A stretch of 63,951 bases of DNA, filler included. It is 5 parts of 5 records of this genome, joined end to end, with 100 filler letters (N's around TTAATTAATTAA, not from the genome) between each part and the next. Parts side by side here need not be neighbours in the genome. Positions count along the whole stretch, not along the records: positions 19,574 to 41,798 come from DRR723986_10580; 4 more parts are not named here. One strand, 5' to 3'. The translations under genes and the position numbers were made by a program. Of the stretch, positions 31,208 to 41,476 are shown piece by piece (position 1 is the first letter of the stretch; each line of letters begins with the position of its first letter). The notes under the pieces are model-generated. The model searched no databases. It saw only the letters and a list, made by a program, of their open reading frames with translations, and had not been told where the DNA came from.

Positions 31208-31335
31208 GCCGTCATACATGAGGCGACCTTAACCTGCTGGCGCTGTTACAGACGTCGTACCGTTGCTGACAAAAACGTTGTGCTGACAGCGTTGCCCAAC
31301 ACCGAAGCCTTAACACTTTGAAAAGATAATCAAGC

Positions 31336-32253
31336 ATGGATACCAGACCAATTACTCCAGCGCGACTGGCAGAGAGCGTCATTGCCGTTCCTCCCATTGC
31401 GCGAGACAGTGGACTTCACATCAGTCGAACCGAGAATGAGAAACTGGTCCGGTTCATCGAAGCCGGGGGCGTGAACTCCTTGCTGTACGGTGGCAACGCA
31501 GTGTTCTACCATATTCGCATGTCGGAGTTTGCGGCCACCTTGGAAATGTTGGCCGATATCGCTGGGCCTGACACGCTTGTCGTTCCGGCGGTCGGCCCTT
31601 CTTACGGCGTCATGATGGACCAGGCGGAAGTGCTCCGCGACTTTGATTTTCCTACCGTGATGGTATTGCCACAAGTTGACATTTCAGACCATGCGGGGCG
31701 GGCTGCCGGTATTCGACGGTTCGCCGAAAGCTACGGGAAACCAATCGTGCTTTACCTGAAGCACGACAACTGGCTGCCACCTGAGATCGTGGGCAAGATG
31801 CACGCGGCAGGCCTGATTTCTTGGGTCAAGTATGCCGTTGTGCGGGACGATCCCGCGCAAGATGACTATCTGAAGGCTGTTTTGGCAGAGGTCCCGTCCG
31901 AGATAGTCGTTAGCGGCATTGGTGAACAACCCGCCATCGTACACTTGCGAGACTTCGGCATCGGCAGCTTTACGAGTGGCTGCGTCTGCGTAAATCCAGC
32001 GTTGTCGATGAAGATGCTGGCTGCGATCAAGGCGGGCGACTACGACCGAGCCGAAGAGATTCGACTGCAGTTCTGCGGCTTGGAAGATCTGCGTAACGGC
32101 ATTAATCCGATTCGCGTTCTTCATCGCGCCGTGGAGCTTGCAAACATTGCCGACACGGGGCCGATGCTGCCAATGCTCGGTGAAATGACAATCTCCGAGA
32201 CCGCTCAGATTGCTGAGGCCTCTGAAACGCTCCTCAAGCTTGCCGCAAATTAA
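31336..32253 (+). CDS. dihydrodipicolinate synthase-family lyase/aldolase
   Basis: LLYGGNA, PIVLY, Schiff-base VKYA, FTSG. Confidence 0.8.
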   Translation: MDTRPITPARLAESVIAVPPIARDSGLHISRTENEKLVRFIEAGGVNSLLYGGNAVFYHIRMSEFAATLEMLADIAGPDTLVVPAVGPSYGVMMDQAEVLRDFDFPTVMVLPQVDISDHAGRAAGIRRFAESYGKPIVLYLKHDNWLPPEIVGKMHAAGLISWVKYAVVRDDPAQDDYLKAVLAEVPSEIVVSGIGEQPAIVHLRDFGIGSFTSGCVCVNPALSMKMLAAIKAGDYDRAEEIRLQFCGLEDLRNGINPIRVLHRAVELANIADTGPMLPMLGEMTISETAQIAEASETLLKLAAN

Positions 32254-32445
32254 GGTTCTAGCGACCGAGCGTTGCCCCAGTTCCTGATGGCGTGAGGCTT
32301 GGAGCGGTGAGAAGCCGGCAACACGCCATCTACAGTTCGCATCCTGCCAGCATCGGCATCGAATGCGCGCACAACATGCACGCAGCATTTGCTTTAGAAT
32401 GATGCTTCTGGTAACGGAAAATTCAACTCAATGATCGGTTGAGCC

Positions 32446-33834
32446 TTGCTACACCGCTTCCTTAGCCCTTGCTGCCCGCGTCTCGGAGTTTCCGCGGCTC
32501 TCGCGCTTTACTTGTGTGCGTGTGTGGTCGCTCCAAAAGTAAATGGCGCTGAGGCTGACTTCCCGAATCGGCCCATAACAATCATCTGCCCTTGGGCTGC
32601 AGGCGGGGGGACTGACCGTGTATCGCGGCAGATCGCGTCACAGTTGGAACGGCGTCTTGGCGTTCCGGTCAATGTTGTCAACGCGACTGGTGGCAAGGGT
32701 GTTACGGGCCATCATCGCGGCTTGACCGCACGTCCCGACGGCTACACCGTTGCGATGATGACGTTTGAACTGTGCACGATGCACTGGATGGGACTGACCG
32801 ACCTGACTTACGAAGACGCCGTGCCCTTGGTCAGTGTGAACGAAGACTATGCAGCGTTGCTCGTCGCCCAGGATGCTGCTTGGCAGAACCTTCAGGAACT
32901 GGAACAAGCGATACTCAGCTCATCGAAGCCGCTGAGTGCGTCGGGCACCGCGGCCGGTGGTGCTTGGCACCTCGCTCAAGCAGGCTGGCTGGACGCGGCA
33001 GGAATCGATCAAGATCGTGTCACGTGGGTTCCGTCACAGGGGTCCAGCCCCTCGCTTCAGCAACTGCTAGCTGGCGGCGTCGACATGGTGTGTTGCAGCC
33101 TACCCGAGGCCCGATCGCTGCTTGAAAGTGGTACCGTTCGGGCTCTTGGCGTTATGTCACCGGTTCGCGCTGTAGGATTTGAAGATATTCCGACTTTCCT
33201 CGAACAAGGCCGCACCTGGGAACTCGGCGGTTGGCGCGGCCTTGGCCTACCGAAGGGCGTTCCAGAAGAGCGAGTCCAAATCCTGCGGGAAGCTCTGACG
33301 GAAATTGTCACTCAGTCGGCCGATGATCCGGACTCTTTTGCCGCTTTCATGCGGAAACAGAAGTTCGACGCAACAACTCGCTCTGCAACGGAATTTCGAG
33401 ACTTCATGGGCGTGAATGACGAGGTGCTTGGCAAGCTGATCAGGTCACCCGCGTTTGCTTCGACACGCACCGATCGATTTTCGCCAATGACTTTCCCGTT
33501 ACTAATCGCTGGATTGCTCCTGGTGAGTGGCTTTGCTGCGTTGCCCCGGCAGCGAAAGTCGATCTCTGCCGAGCTTGATGGTAACCAAGCCGGGCAATCT
33601 CGGCGCAACTATATCGGGCCGAGCGGGGTGGTTCTGTCGATCGTGCTGTACTGCTTGCTGGCCGAACAATTGGGCTTCGTGCCGACCGCGGCCATCATGA
33701 TGGTTGCCATGCTGGCGGCGTGTCGCTCCATGACTTGGGCTCGCCTTGCCACAGCGATGGCACTGCCGGTCATCGTTTACGTCGTCTTTGCTTGGGGTTT
33801 GCGAGTCGGCTTGCCCGTCGGTCCCTGGGCATAG
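32446..33834 (+). CDS. tripartite tricarboxylate transporter TctC receptor fused to a TctB membrane domain
   Basis: FPNRPITIICPWAAGGGTD, PDGYT, PKGVP, then about four TM helices with LGFV and a terminal LPVGP. Confidence 0.85.
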   Translation: MLHRFLSPCCPRLGVSAALALYLCACVVAPKVNGAEADFPNRPITIICPWAAGGGTDRVSRQIASQLERRLGVPVNVVNATGGKGVTGHHRGLTARPDGYTVAMMTFELCTMHWMGLTDLTYEDAVPLVSVNEDYAALLVAQDAAWQNLQELEQAILSSSKPLSASGTAAGGAWHLAQAGWLDAAGIDQDRVTWVPSQGSSPSLQQLLAGGVDMVCCSLPEARSLLESGTVRALGVMSPVRAVGFEDIPTFLEQGRTWELGGWRGLGLPKGVPEERVQILREALTEIVTQSADDPDSFAAFMRKQKFDATTRSATEFRDFMGVNDEVLGKLIRSPAFASTRTDRFSPMTFPLLIAGLLLVSGFAALPRQRKSISAELDGNQAGQSRRNYIGPSGVVLSIVLYCLLAEQLGFVPTAAIMMVAMLAACRSMTWARLATAMALPVIVYVVFAWGLRVGLPVGPWA

Positions 33835-33911
33835 TATGCATTTGCAATCGAACGCATCGGCCAATTGTGAGACAAATGAGTGTAGCGATTCGAGCACTGG
33901 ATTAATGTCAG

Positions 33912-35405
33912 ATGGAATTTGTTCTACCAGCTATTGAGAGCGTTATGCAGTGGGAGGTATTGCTCACCATTGTTTGCGCGGCGGCCTACGGCCTTCTGGT
34001 TGGGGCCATTCCTGGGCTGACGGCAACCATGGCAATTGCCTTGATGGTCCCACTGACATTCTACTTGAGCGACATTCAGGCAGTTGCAGCGATCGTGTCC
34101 GCGGTGACCTGCAGCATCTTCGCGGGCGACATTCCATCAACGCTTGTGCGTATCCCGGGAACTCCCGCATCCGCCGCCTATGCTGCCGACTCGTACGCGA
34201 TGACTCGCCGTGGACTCCACCGCCGGGCCCTTGGTTTGTCTCTTATATTCAGCGTTGCTGGTGGTGTTGCTGGAACGATTGTTCTAATGATTGCCGCACC
34301 CTTGCTTGCGGGGCTGGCGACACAGTTTACGAGCTTCGAATACTTTTGGCTGTATGTGCTGGGACTTCTGTGTGCGGTTGTCGTCAGCGATCGTGGATTT
34401 TGGCTCAGTTGCATCTCGCTGAGTACTGGTCTGCTACTATCGACGGTTGGGCTCGCAACCGACTTTAGCACGCCCCGGTTCACGCTTGGGTTTGATGAAT
34501 TCATCAACGGCGTCTCGTTTATCCCTGCAATGATCGGACTGTTTGGTATCTCCGAAGTCCTCAGACTGGCTACTTTGACGGGAGAACAGCAATCTGACGA
34601 ATCCCTGCTCGCCGCCAATCGGGACGTAAGCCAACGCCCGAGCGACGGGCTATTGGGGACGCTCGTCCGACGCAAATGGAGCTTGTTGCGCAGTAGCGGT
34701 ATTGGTTCAGTGATCGGAATGCTGCCCGGGGCGGGCGCTGACATCGCTGCTTGGATCTCCTACGCAGCTTCCAAACGCTTTTCGAAATTCCCCGAAGATT
34801 ACGGTCAGGGCTCGGAGGACGGCATTGCGGACGCCGCGGGAGCGAACAACGCGGCTTTGGGCAGTGCATGGATTCCGGCACTGGTTTTCGGGATTCCAGG
34901 GGATTCGGTTACCGCAATCGCACTTGGTGTATTGCTAATGAAAGACGTTTCGCCAGGGCCAGAGATATTCACTAGCGACACGAGTGGTGTGTTGGTGATG
35001 AGCATCTACGTTACATTCTTCCTTGCAAACTTGATCTTGCTCCCCCTCGGTTGGCTGGCTATTCGAATTGGTGGATTGCTCGTTCGTATTCCAAAACTAA
35101 GTCTCATCCCGGGCATAGCATTGTTCTGCATCGTTGGAAGCTACGCGATATCGGGTAGTTACACGGATGTCTGGGTTATGCTCGCAACGGGCTTGCTAGG
35201 ATTTGCATTCGAACGGAGACGTCTACCGTTAGCACCAATAGTCCTGGGTTTGATTCTCGGAGCGCCGCTGGAGCATCGATTTATCCAGTGCATCTCGGTC
35301 AGCCATTCTCCGTCGGACTTCTTTGCCGGTCCCGTTCGAATCCTGCTAGCGATCATCTGCCTCGCAATCGTCGCAAGCAGACTTTGGGCGCAGCGGCGTG
35401 TTTGA
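33912..35405 (+). CDS. tctA: tripartite tricarboxylate transporter large permease
   Basis: GAIPGLTATM, IPGTPAS, GLFGISEV, PGAGADIA, ANNA, GIPGD, LGLILG. Confidence 0.92.
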   Translation: MEFVLPAIESVMQWEVLLTIVCAAAYGLLVGAIPGLTATMAIALMVPLTFYLSDIQAVAAIVSAVTCSIFAGDIPSTLVRIPGTPASAAYAADSYAMTRRGLHRRALGLSLIFSVAGGVAGTIVLMIAAPLLAGLATQFTSFEYFWLYVLGLLCAVVVSDRGFWLSCISLSTGLLLSTVGLATDFSTPRFTLGFDEFINGVSFIPAMIGLFGISEVLRLATLTGEQQSDESLLAANRDVSQRPSDGLLGTLVRRKWSLLRSSGIGSVIGMLPGAGADIAAWISYAASKRFSKFPEDYGQGSEDGIADAAGANNAALGSAWIPALVFGIPGDSVTAIALGVLLMKDVSPGPEIFTSDTSGVLVMSIYVTFFLANLILLPLGWLAIRIGGLLVRIPKLSLIPGIALFCIVGSYAISGSYTDVWVMLATGLLGFAFERRRLPLAPIVLGLILGAPLEHRFIQCISVSHSPSDFFAGPVRILLAIICLAIVASRLWAQRRV

Positions 35406-35428
35406 TCCCGAAATCAAACGGAGGGGAA

Positions 35429-35866
35429 CTAACGGTGCAGGTCGCAGGTACCGCCTTCGTCGCATTTTCCGGCGATCTTGTAGCGGCTTCGGGCGATGAA
35501 GCGATAAAGTGCTCGCCATAGCGGCATAGAAAATGGCAGGTGCATCAGTGGAGCGAGCGGCCAAAGCAAGGGGAGACGCCTGCTCAAGTAGCGTATCGCA
35601 TCCGCTCCTCCCACCGGCTCGGGCAAGTGCTCTGCGTCGGACGGAGAAACAACCCACAATTGTTCCATGAGTTGATCAAAGCTCAGCTCCGGAGCCAGCG
35701 TCGAAGTTAGCGGGTCGTGAAGACAGAGATAAGCCAACTTGCCTCCGTCGACCCAGCGAAGTCGCCGTACCTGCTTGTAGCAGAATTTGCACTGCCCATC
35801 CCAAATGACGATGTCGGCATCCGGCAACTCAGCGGGCATTGGTAGTTCTTCACCCAAGCTAGACAT
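35429..35866 (-). CDS. DCC1/DUF393 thiol-disulfide oxidoreductase family protein
   Basis: WDGQCKFC, GADA, YRFIARSRYKIAG.C. Confidence 0.88.
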   Translation of the reverse strand: MSSLGEELPMPAELPDADIVIWDGQCKFCYKQVRRLRWVDGGKLAYLCLHDPLTSTLAPELSFDQLMEQLWVVSPSDAEHLPEPVGGADAIRYLSRRLPLLWPLAPLMHLPFSMPLWRALYRFIARSRYKIAGKCDEGGTCDLHR

Positions 35867-36042
35867 CTGCTCTCTCGAGTCTCGCAGTTGGAGGGAATCC
35901 GATCGGCACCTAGCGGTTCGTTAGGCGGATACGCATAGCTACCTTCAGTATACAACCCGCAACCCGCCCTGACGGATTACTCTCGCAAATAGGCGCAGCA
36001 GCGGGCAGTCGCAGATCTGCTCGAGTACTCGCCAAGCAAAAA

Positions 36043-36888
36043 CTAGCCCAGCAATTCGCTCGAAAGCGAGCGGAGGAGGTCAGCAGCGTGGCTAATTTCT
36101 GCCTTCTGCCGCTCAGGCTCCTGGGGAATTTCGCGTTCGATTGTCAGTGGTCCTCGGTAGCCGATGTCCTTCAGCGTGGCCAGATAAGTGGCGATATCCA
36201 CCGATCCCTTGCCTAGTGGTACTTCTTGCCCCCAAGTCTCCCCCGGTTTGTCGCTCCACAGTGCATCCTTGCAGTGAACGCTCTTCACGTACGGCGCGAC
36301 CTGCTTGAGTGTCTCGATCGGCTCACCGGTGCCGTAAAGAATCATGTTGGCGGGGTCGAAGTTGATAAACAAATTCTCGCAATTTGTATCACCGATGAAC
36401 TGCAACAGCCCCTCGCCGGTTTCCTGCCCAGTTTCCAGGTGGACTGCTTGGTCGTTCTGCAAGGCGTGATCGCACAGCCGCCGGGTTACATCAACGACGT
36501 CTTGGTAAAGCTGGCAGGTTGTGTCATGAGGCACGAAGCCGAGATGGAGCGCGACGACGTTGCATCCAAGTAACAACGCAAAGTCCGAGATCTCCTTCAT
36601 TTCCTGAAGCCGCTCGTTGCGATACTTGGGCGGCACGAGACCAACCGTGTCGGTGACCGTTGGAATGTCCGCATAACTTTCGCCATCGAAGCCCCCGAAG
36701 ACGGCCGTCAACTCGATTCCCAGCTCCTGCAAACGGCCGATGAACCGTTCGGCATTGTCGGGGGTTCGCGTTGCTCGGTGGGGAGCGTGCATCTGGATTG
36801 ACTTGATGTCCAGCTCGCTGGCCACCTCTAGCTTGACACCAAGACCTGCGTCGATGCTCGTGAAAACGCCCACTTCCCAATCTTGCAT
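36043..36888 (-). CDS. sugar phosphate isomerase/epimerase (xylose isomerase-like TIM barrel)
   Basis: LETGQE, NFDPANM, HCKD, VPLG.G.V, LTIERE. Confidence 0.9.
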   Translation of the reverse strand: MQDWEVGVFTSIDAGLGVKLEVASELDIKSIQMHAPHRATRTPDNAERFIGRLQELGIELTAVFGGFDGESYADIPTVTDTVGLVPPKYRNERLQEMKEISDFALLLGCNVVALHLGFVPHDTTCQLYQDVVDVTRRLCDHALQNDQAVHLETGQETGEGLLQFIGDTNCENLFINFDPANMILYGTGEPIETLKQVAPYVKSVHCKDALWSDKPGETWGQEVPLGKGSVDIATYLATLKDIGYRGPLTIEREIPQEPERQKAEISHAADLLRSLSSELLG

Positions 36889-37080
36889 TGCCGTATCTCC
36901 AGCTTCAATTCGTGCGATTCAATTCGCCCTTGTGATTCTATGATGGCAAATTGTACGAAAGTTCTCGCTTCTGTGGCAGCAGTCCACGTATAACGGTCTG
37001 CGGCCGACGGTATTCACTGCGGCTTTGAGCCAGCAATCATAGTCAGCGTCGCGAACCTTGAAACTCTCAGGTCAAATGTG

Positions 37081-39672
37081 TTAGATGATTGCAAGTGGGT
37101 TCCTGGGTTGCTCGAGCGTTCCTCGGGTGACGCCAATGCGGTTGTCGGCGTTGAGTTCTTTCCAAACCGTCGCACCGTCGACTTCCCCTTTCAAGAGGCT
37201 CCGATACAGGCTTAGCAACTGACGCGTGACTTCGATCGGCGTGTCCCGAAGCAACTCGACACGAAACTGTTTCACGCCCAATTGCACCAACAGCGCGACG
37301 GCCTCAGCGCCGCTTTGCGCCGACCCGTTGTACAACGTGTTGCGGCAACCAATGTCGGCATGCAGAACATGATCAGCGCCGACGCGATCCCGCAGTTTGA
37401 CATCATGGCGGTCGCACGGACGTCCACAATCGGATTTGTTCTTTCCAGGACTTAGAACACTGCAGAACACACAATGCTCCATGTGAAACATTGGGATGTG
37501 TTGGTGGATGACAACTTCCAGCCACTTAGGCGGAGTGTGCTGGACGAGCTCGATTAGCTGGTCGCGGTTCAAATCGTAGGAAGGAGACAATCGGCTCGCT
37601 CCCCATTGCTTCAAGATGCTGGCCGTGATCGGGTTGGTTACGTTCAGCGAAAAATCCGCGGCAAACGGGATGTCGTTCTCGCGGGCGTATCCCATGGCAG
37701 CCAAGTTCCGAACCAACCAACCGCTGCACCCTGTTTGGTCAGCACTTCGCCCACGCGAATCACGATAATGTCGATGAAGCGCTTTGAACAGTCCGTCTTC
37801 GCCAGGTTTGTGAATGCGAAGCGTGGCCAGTTCGACGCTCGCCTGAGCCTCCTCGGTCAATTCGCATGCCTGCCGGTATTCTCTCACATCGTGCAATTCT
37901 GCGATGAGTGTCTTGCAGCCAAGTTCAAGTGCTTGTTTAACCTGAGGAAGGCTTCGACAAAGTACTCGCAACTCTGACTCGGCCGCACTTGCGGAGCCAT
38001 CGCTGGCGTCGCTTCCACGAATCTGATTTAGCAACCTCGGCGCTTCGGATTCACGCGTGCAACGCAACGCTTCAGGGGACGTCGCATTCAAGATGGCCGT
38101 GACAAGTTGCTTGCGAATTTCTCCAAGTATACTGTGCGGCAGCATTGGCTCTCCAACGATATCCGCGTCGAGTTTGCCAAGTCGCAGGGTTGTTCCGCCC
38201 AGACGATCCAGTTGCTCTGCGATGCGTCCGTCGTCGATAGGATGCTTGCGAGCAACCTCTGGCGTAAATGAGTGCTCGAAGCAAATCTGTGCGGAACTAG
38301 CGGACTTTGCCACAACGCGGATTGGCTCTCCAACGGCCACGCGTATCGAGACGTCTACAGGAATTCGCTTGACCGGATCTTCACCTTGAAAGGTCCTTCG
38401 AAGTCGTTTAGTCAACTGTGGATCGTCTGTTTTGTACAGTTTTACGCCCGCCGCAATGTGCCCGATCTCGGAAATGAAATGTGGCAGTGCTCCACGCTGG
38501 AAGTACAAATCAGCTAGACCGCCATCAAGATGCTTCTGCGACGACTGACGTTGCCTCGACTCTTGCTGAACCGTACGAAGCTCATAGACTCGGCCACCAA
38601 ACTCTTGCTCCGCGGCCCTGTCTCCTTCTACAACGACTCCGTCGCCAACCGAGATTGGCCCCGAGAGCTCGACGCGAAGGGCATCACCTCGCACTTCCTT
38701 AATGCGACCGATCTCAACTCCCCGCTTTGCACTACTCTGCCCAGGCACGAGACGCTTGTGGTCGCAGCCTTCAAGCCAGCCGGGAGAGAAGCCGCGTGAG
38801 AAACTCAACTCGAGTTCTCGAGATTGTTCCGCAGTGAGTTTGCGGGAGCGCCCCTCGAGCGCTTCATCGATTGCCTTGCGGTAGTGACTGCACACATTGG
38901 CGACATACTCCGGCGTCTTTAAGCGTCCTTCGATCTTCAGCGAGCACACTCCCGCGTCGATCATCTCAGTAATGTAATCATGGGCCGCCAGATCCTGAGG
39001 ACTAAGCAGGTATTGCTGCGTACCCAGATCAACTTTTTCACCGTCGCGGTAAATTTCATAGGGCAATCGACATGCTTGTGCACACTGGCCACGATTGGCG
39101 CTCCGCCCTCCCAACGACTCGCTCGTCAAGCACTGGCCAGAGTAGGCGACACACAGGGCTCCGTGAACGAACGATTCAACCGGCAATTGGGTCGCATCGG
39201 TAATCTTATCAATCTCGCGAATCGAGAGTTCGCGGGCTAGCACAGCGCGACTGACGTTGAGCTCTTTGACGATCTCAATTGCCTGCGCGTTGGTCAGGGT
39301 CATCTGCGTGCTCGCATGGATTTCCATCTCGGGGCAGATCGCACCGATCAACTTCGCAACACCCAAGTCCTGGACCAGGACCGCATCAACTCCCGCAGCG
39401 GCAAGCGCTCGCACGTTCTCTTCAAGCTTCGGCAGTTCGTCGGTGAACACGAGCGTGTTTAAGGTCACGTAGCCCCGCACGCCTTGCCCGTGCAGCATCT
39501 TCATCAGGTCAGGCAAATCGTCGAGATGGAAGTTGGCCGCCCGGGCTCTGGCGTTGAATCCGGCATCCAGGCCGAAGTAAATTGCATCAGCGCCGTTCTC
39601 GACCGCCGCCTTGGCACACTGCCAATTGCCAGCAGGCGCAAGGAGCTCAATTTCAGATGGTCGTTTGCTCAT
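37081..39672 (-). CDS. peptidase U32-family protein with DUF3656 (RlhA-like RNA hydroxylase)
   Basis: ELLAPAG, GADAIYFG, HASTQM, HGALCVAYSGQC, RSANRGQCAQACR, SLKIEGR; second degenerate U32 domain at the C-terminus. Confidence 0.9.
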   Translation of the reverse strand: MSKRPSEIELLAPAGNWQCAKAAVENGADAIYFGLDAGFNARARAANFHLDDLPDLMKMLHGQGVRGYVTLNTLVFTDELPKLEENVRALAAAGVDAVLVQDLGVAKLIGAICPEMEIHASTQMTLTNAQAIEIVKELNVSRAVLARELSIREIDKITDATQLPVESFVHGALCVAYSGQCLTSESLGGRSANRGQCAQACRLPYEIYRDGEKVDLGTQQYLLSPQDLAAHDYITEMIDAGVCSLKIEGRLKTPEYVANVCSHYRKAIDEALEGRSRKLTAEQSRELELSFSRGFSPGWLEGCDHKRLVPGQSSAKRGVEIGRIKEVRGDALRVELSGPISVGDGVVVEGDRAAEQEFGGRVYELRTVQQESRQRQSSQKHLDGGLADLYFQRGALPHFISEIGHIAAGVKLYKTDDPQLTKRLRRTFQGEDPVKRIPVDVSIRVAVGEPIRVVAKSASSAQICFEHSFTPEVARKHPIDDGRIAEQLDRLGGTTLRLGKLDADIVGEPMLPHSILGEIRKQLVTAILNATSPEALRCTRESEAPRLLNQIRGSDASDGSASAAESELRVLCRSLPQVKQALELGCKTLIAELHDVREYRQACELTEEAQASVELATLRIHKPGEDGLFKALHRHYRDSRGRSADQTGCSGWLVRNLAAMGYARENDIPFAADFSLNVTNPITASILKQWGASRLSPSYDLNRDQLIELVQHTPPKWLEVVIHQHIPMFHMEHCVFCSVLSPGKNKSDCGRPCDRHDVKLRDRVGADHVLHADIGCRNTLYNGSAQSGAEAVALLVQLGVKQFRVELLRDTPIEVTRQLLSLYRSLLKGEVDGATVWKELNADNRIGVTRGTLEQPRNPLAII

Positions 39673-39863
39673 CAGGCTTTCAACAGTTCAGACGCGTACT
39701 CGTGCCAAAAATCCGGGTTTGTATTTTCCGGCACGACTTGGCATGCGTAAAGACGCAAAGCGTTGGCGGCACGCCACTTTCCTACATTCTCCGCAATTCG
39801 TCACGGCTACGGTGGAGGCAAAGAATGCAGTTGCGTCAATCTAGAAGCCCGCGCGGTTCGTAC

Positions 39864-41438
39864 CTAGCTGACGCGGCGGAGTGCATCGCGGAGTCGTTGG
39901 CCTTCGCTGCGATCAACGGATTCGATGAAGGCGATCATTCCGGACAACCACCCGCGAAAATTCGCGTGACCATCGCGGTTCTGCGCGTCGAGCCCTTCGA
40001 ACTGTGCACGGTGGAGGATTGCCCGTATGCGACGGCGGGTCTTCCGAGAGACACCCACTCGGTCGTTAGTCGTCAGTCCCGTCACCACTTGACGTTGGTG
40101 CTTTCGAAGCACACGTGTCTTTGCTGAATTGAGTGCAAAGCCCTCGTCTTCGCAGATATGACGCAATCGTGCGAGAACGTAACCGATCTGCTTTTCTTTC
40201 TCGTGCATCGAACTCTGCTTAGCAGAGAACGATAGATCATCTGCGTAGCGAGTGTAAGTCCAGCCGAGTTTGCTAGCCAGACCACTGAGCCGAACGTCAA
40301 GATGCCTGCTGGTTAAATTAGAAAGCGCCGGACTGGTACAAGCTCCTTGAGGAAGACTGGGTAAGCCGCTGGCGACCAAGTATTGCTCTTGACGGTAACT
40401 AACGGCTGTCCGGCGACTCTCTGTACACAGGCTTGCCATCAGAGTAGCTACAGCGGGTGAATAGCCCAGGGATCGAAACAGGCCTTCGATGCGATAGAAG
40501 TGGATAGACGGAAAGAAGTCTTTCAAGTCCACACTGATGAGAATGTCCGCCCCGACGTGCGGAGTGGCCCCCGTTGTAATGCTTCGGCCTTGAACGAACC
40601 CGTGCGCCGAATCGTGAGCGGGTAACATGTTCAGCACATTGTCCAGTATCCATCGTTGGACGCTGGCCAACAATGGAAGCGGCCGTGCTAGTTCGCGTTC
40701 CCCGCCGCTTTTCTTTGGAATCGTAAAGTGAACGTAGTGGACCTGTTTTGCCGCCTGGGCATGAAAGGCGAGCCAGCGGAGTTGCGGGATCGTGATGCCG
40801 ATTGCACCAGCCAGATCAGCAGGCGTGCTCAGCAATGGAAGCTGGTTCTGGCGAAGCATCTCGATGTTACTGCGCCGATCCGACAACCCCTTGGAGATTC
40901 CTCTACCAATGTAGACAATGTCGGTGCGACGATTCTGCTCGACCCTCGCGCGGTGCTCATCGCGCCGCCGCTGTGCCTCTGCCTTCTTTTGCTGCTTGAG
41001 GCGTTCACTTTCCTGGCGAGACTGGCGAACTGCGGCATCACCGATGGCTCGCGTTGCCGCAGCATCCTTTCGGTACTTGGCCATCTCCAAGCCGACTTTG
41101 TGTATCTCGACCAAGTCATCGTCGCTCAAGATTCCCATCGATACCATGGTTCGATCAATAATGCGAATCCGTGGGAGATCAGCGGGCGGAATCTCGTTGA
41201 GCGAATCGAGATAAGCCGACTGCCAGCCGTCCGACTTCGTTAGCGAAAGTGCTTCTTCGGCGGACAGTGGTTGGAAATGTGACGCGTCCAGGCCGGATTC
41301 CAGTTCGGATGGAGCGGTGCGAGCATCGTGCAGCGAATTGCTGCTGTCGGTTAAGGTCGCGGGTAGTTGCGAATAGTCATTTCCGGGCTGTTGCTGGCCA
41401 GGCGAGACGAGACGCTTGAGGAAATCAAACAGTCCCAT
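39864..41438 (-). CDS. retron-type reverse transcriptase with long N-terminal extension
   Basis: IPKKSGGERELARP, AHGF, GATPH (region X), DLKDFFPSI, LPQGACTSPALSN, YTRYADDLSFS, VVTGL (region Y). Confidence 0.92.
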   Translation of the reverse strand: MGLFDFLKRLVSPGQQQPGNDYSQLPATLTDSSNSLHDARTAPSELESGLDASHFQPLSAEEALSLTKSDGWQSAYLDSLNEIPPADLPRIRIIDRTMVSMGILSDDDLVEIHKVGLEMAKYRKDAAATRAIGDAAVRQSRQESERLKQQKKAEAQRRRDEHRARVEQNRRTDIVYIGRGISKGLSDRRSNIEMLRQNQLPLLSTPADLAGAIGITIPQLRWLAFHAQAAKQVHYVHFTIPKKSGGERELARPLPLLASVQRWILDNVLNMLPAHDSAHGFVQGRSITTGATPHVGADILISVDLKDFFPSIHFYRIEGLFRSLGYSPAVATLMASLCTESRRTAVSYRQEQYLVASGLPSLPQGACTSPALSNLTSRHLDVRLSGLASKLGWTYTRYADDLSFSAKQSSMHEKEKQIGYVLARLRHICEDEGFALNSAKTRVLRKHQRQVVTGLTTNDRVGVSRKTRRRIRAILHRAQFEGLDAQNRDGHANFRGWLSGMIAFIESVDRSEGQRLRDALRRVS

Positions 41439-41476
41439 CGGTGTTACTCCGCGAAGCCAAGCTGAAGATGTTGAAA

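Noticed and set aside
39864-41438. RT as group II intron, DGR or CRISPR-associated RT
   Set aside because: No maturase or endonuclease domain, no intron domain V/VI, no TR/VR pair or avd, no cas1. The VTG motif and upstream inverted repeats with a long hairpin fit a retron.
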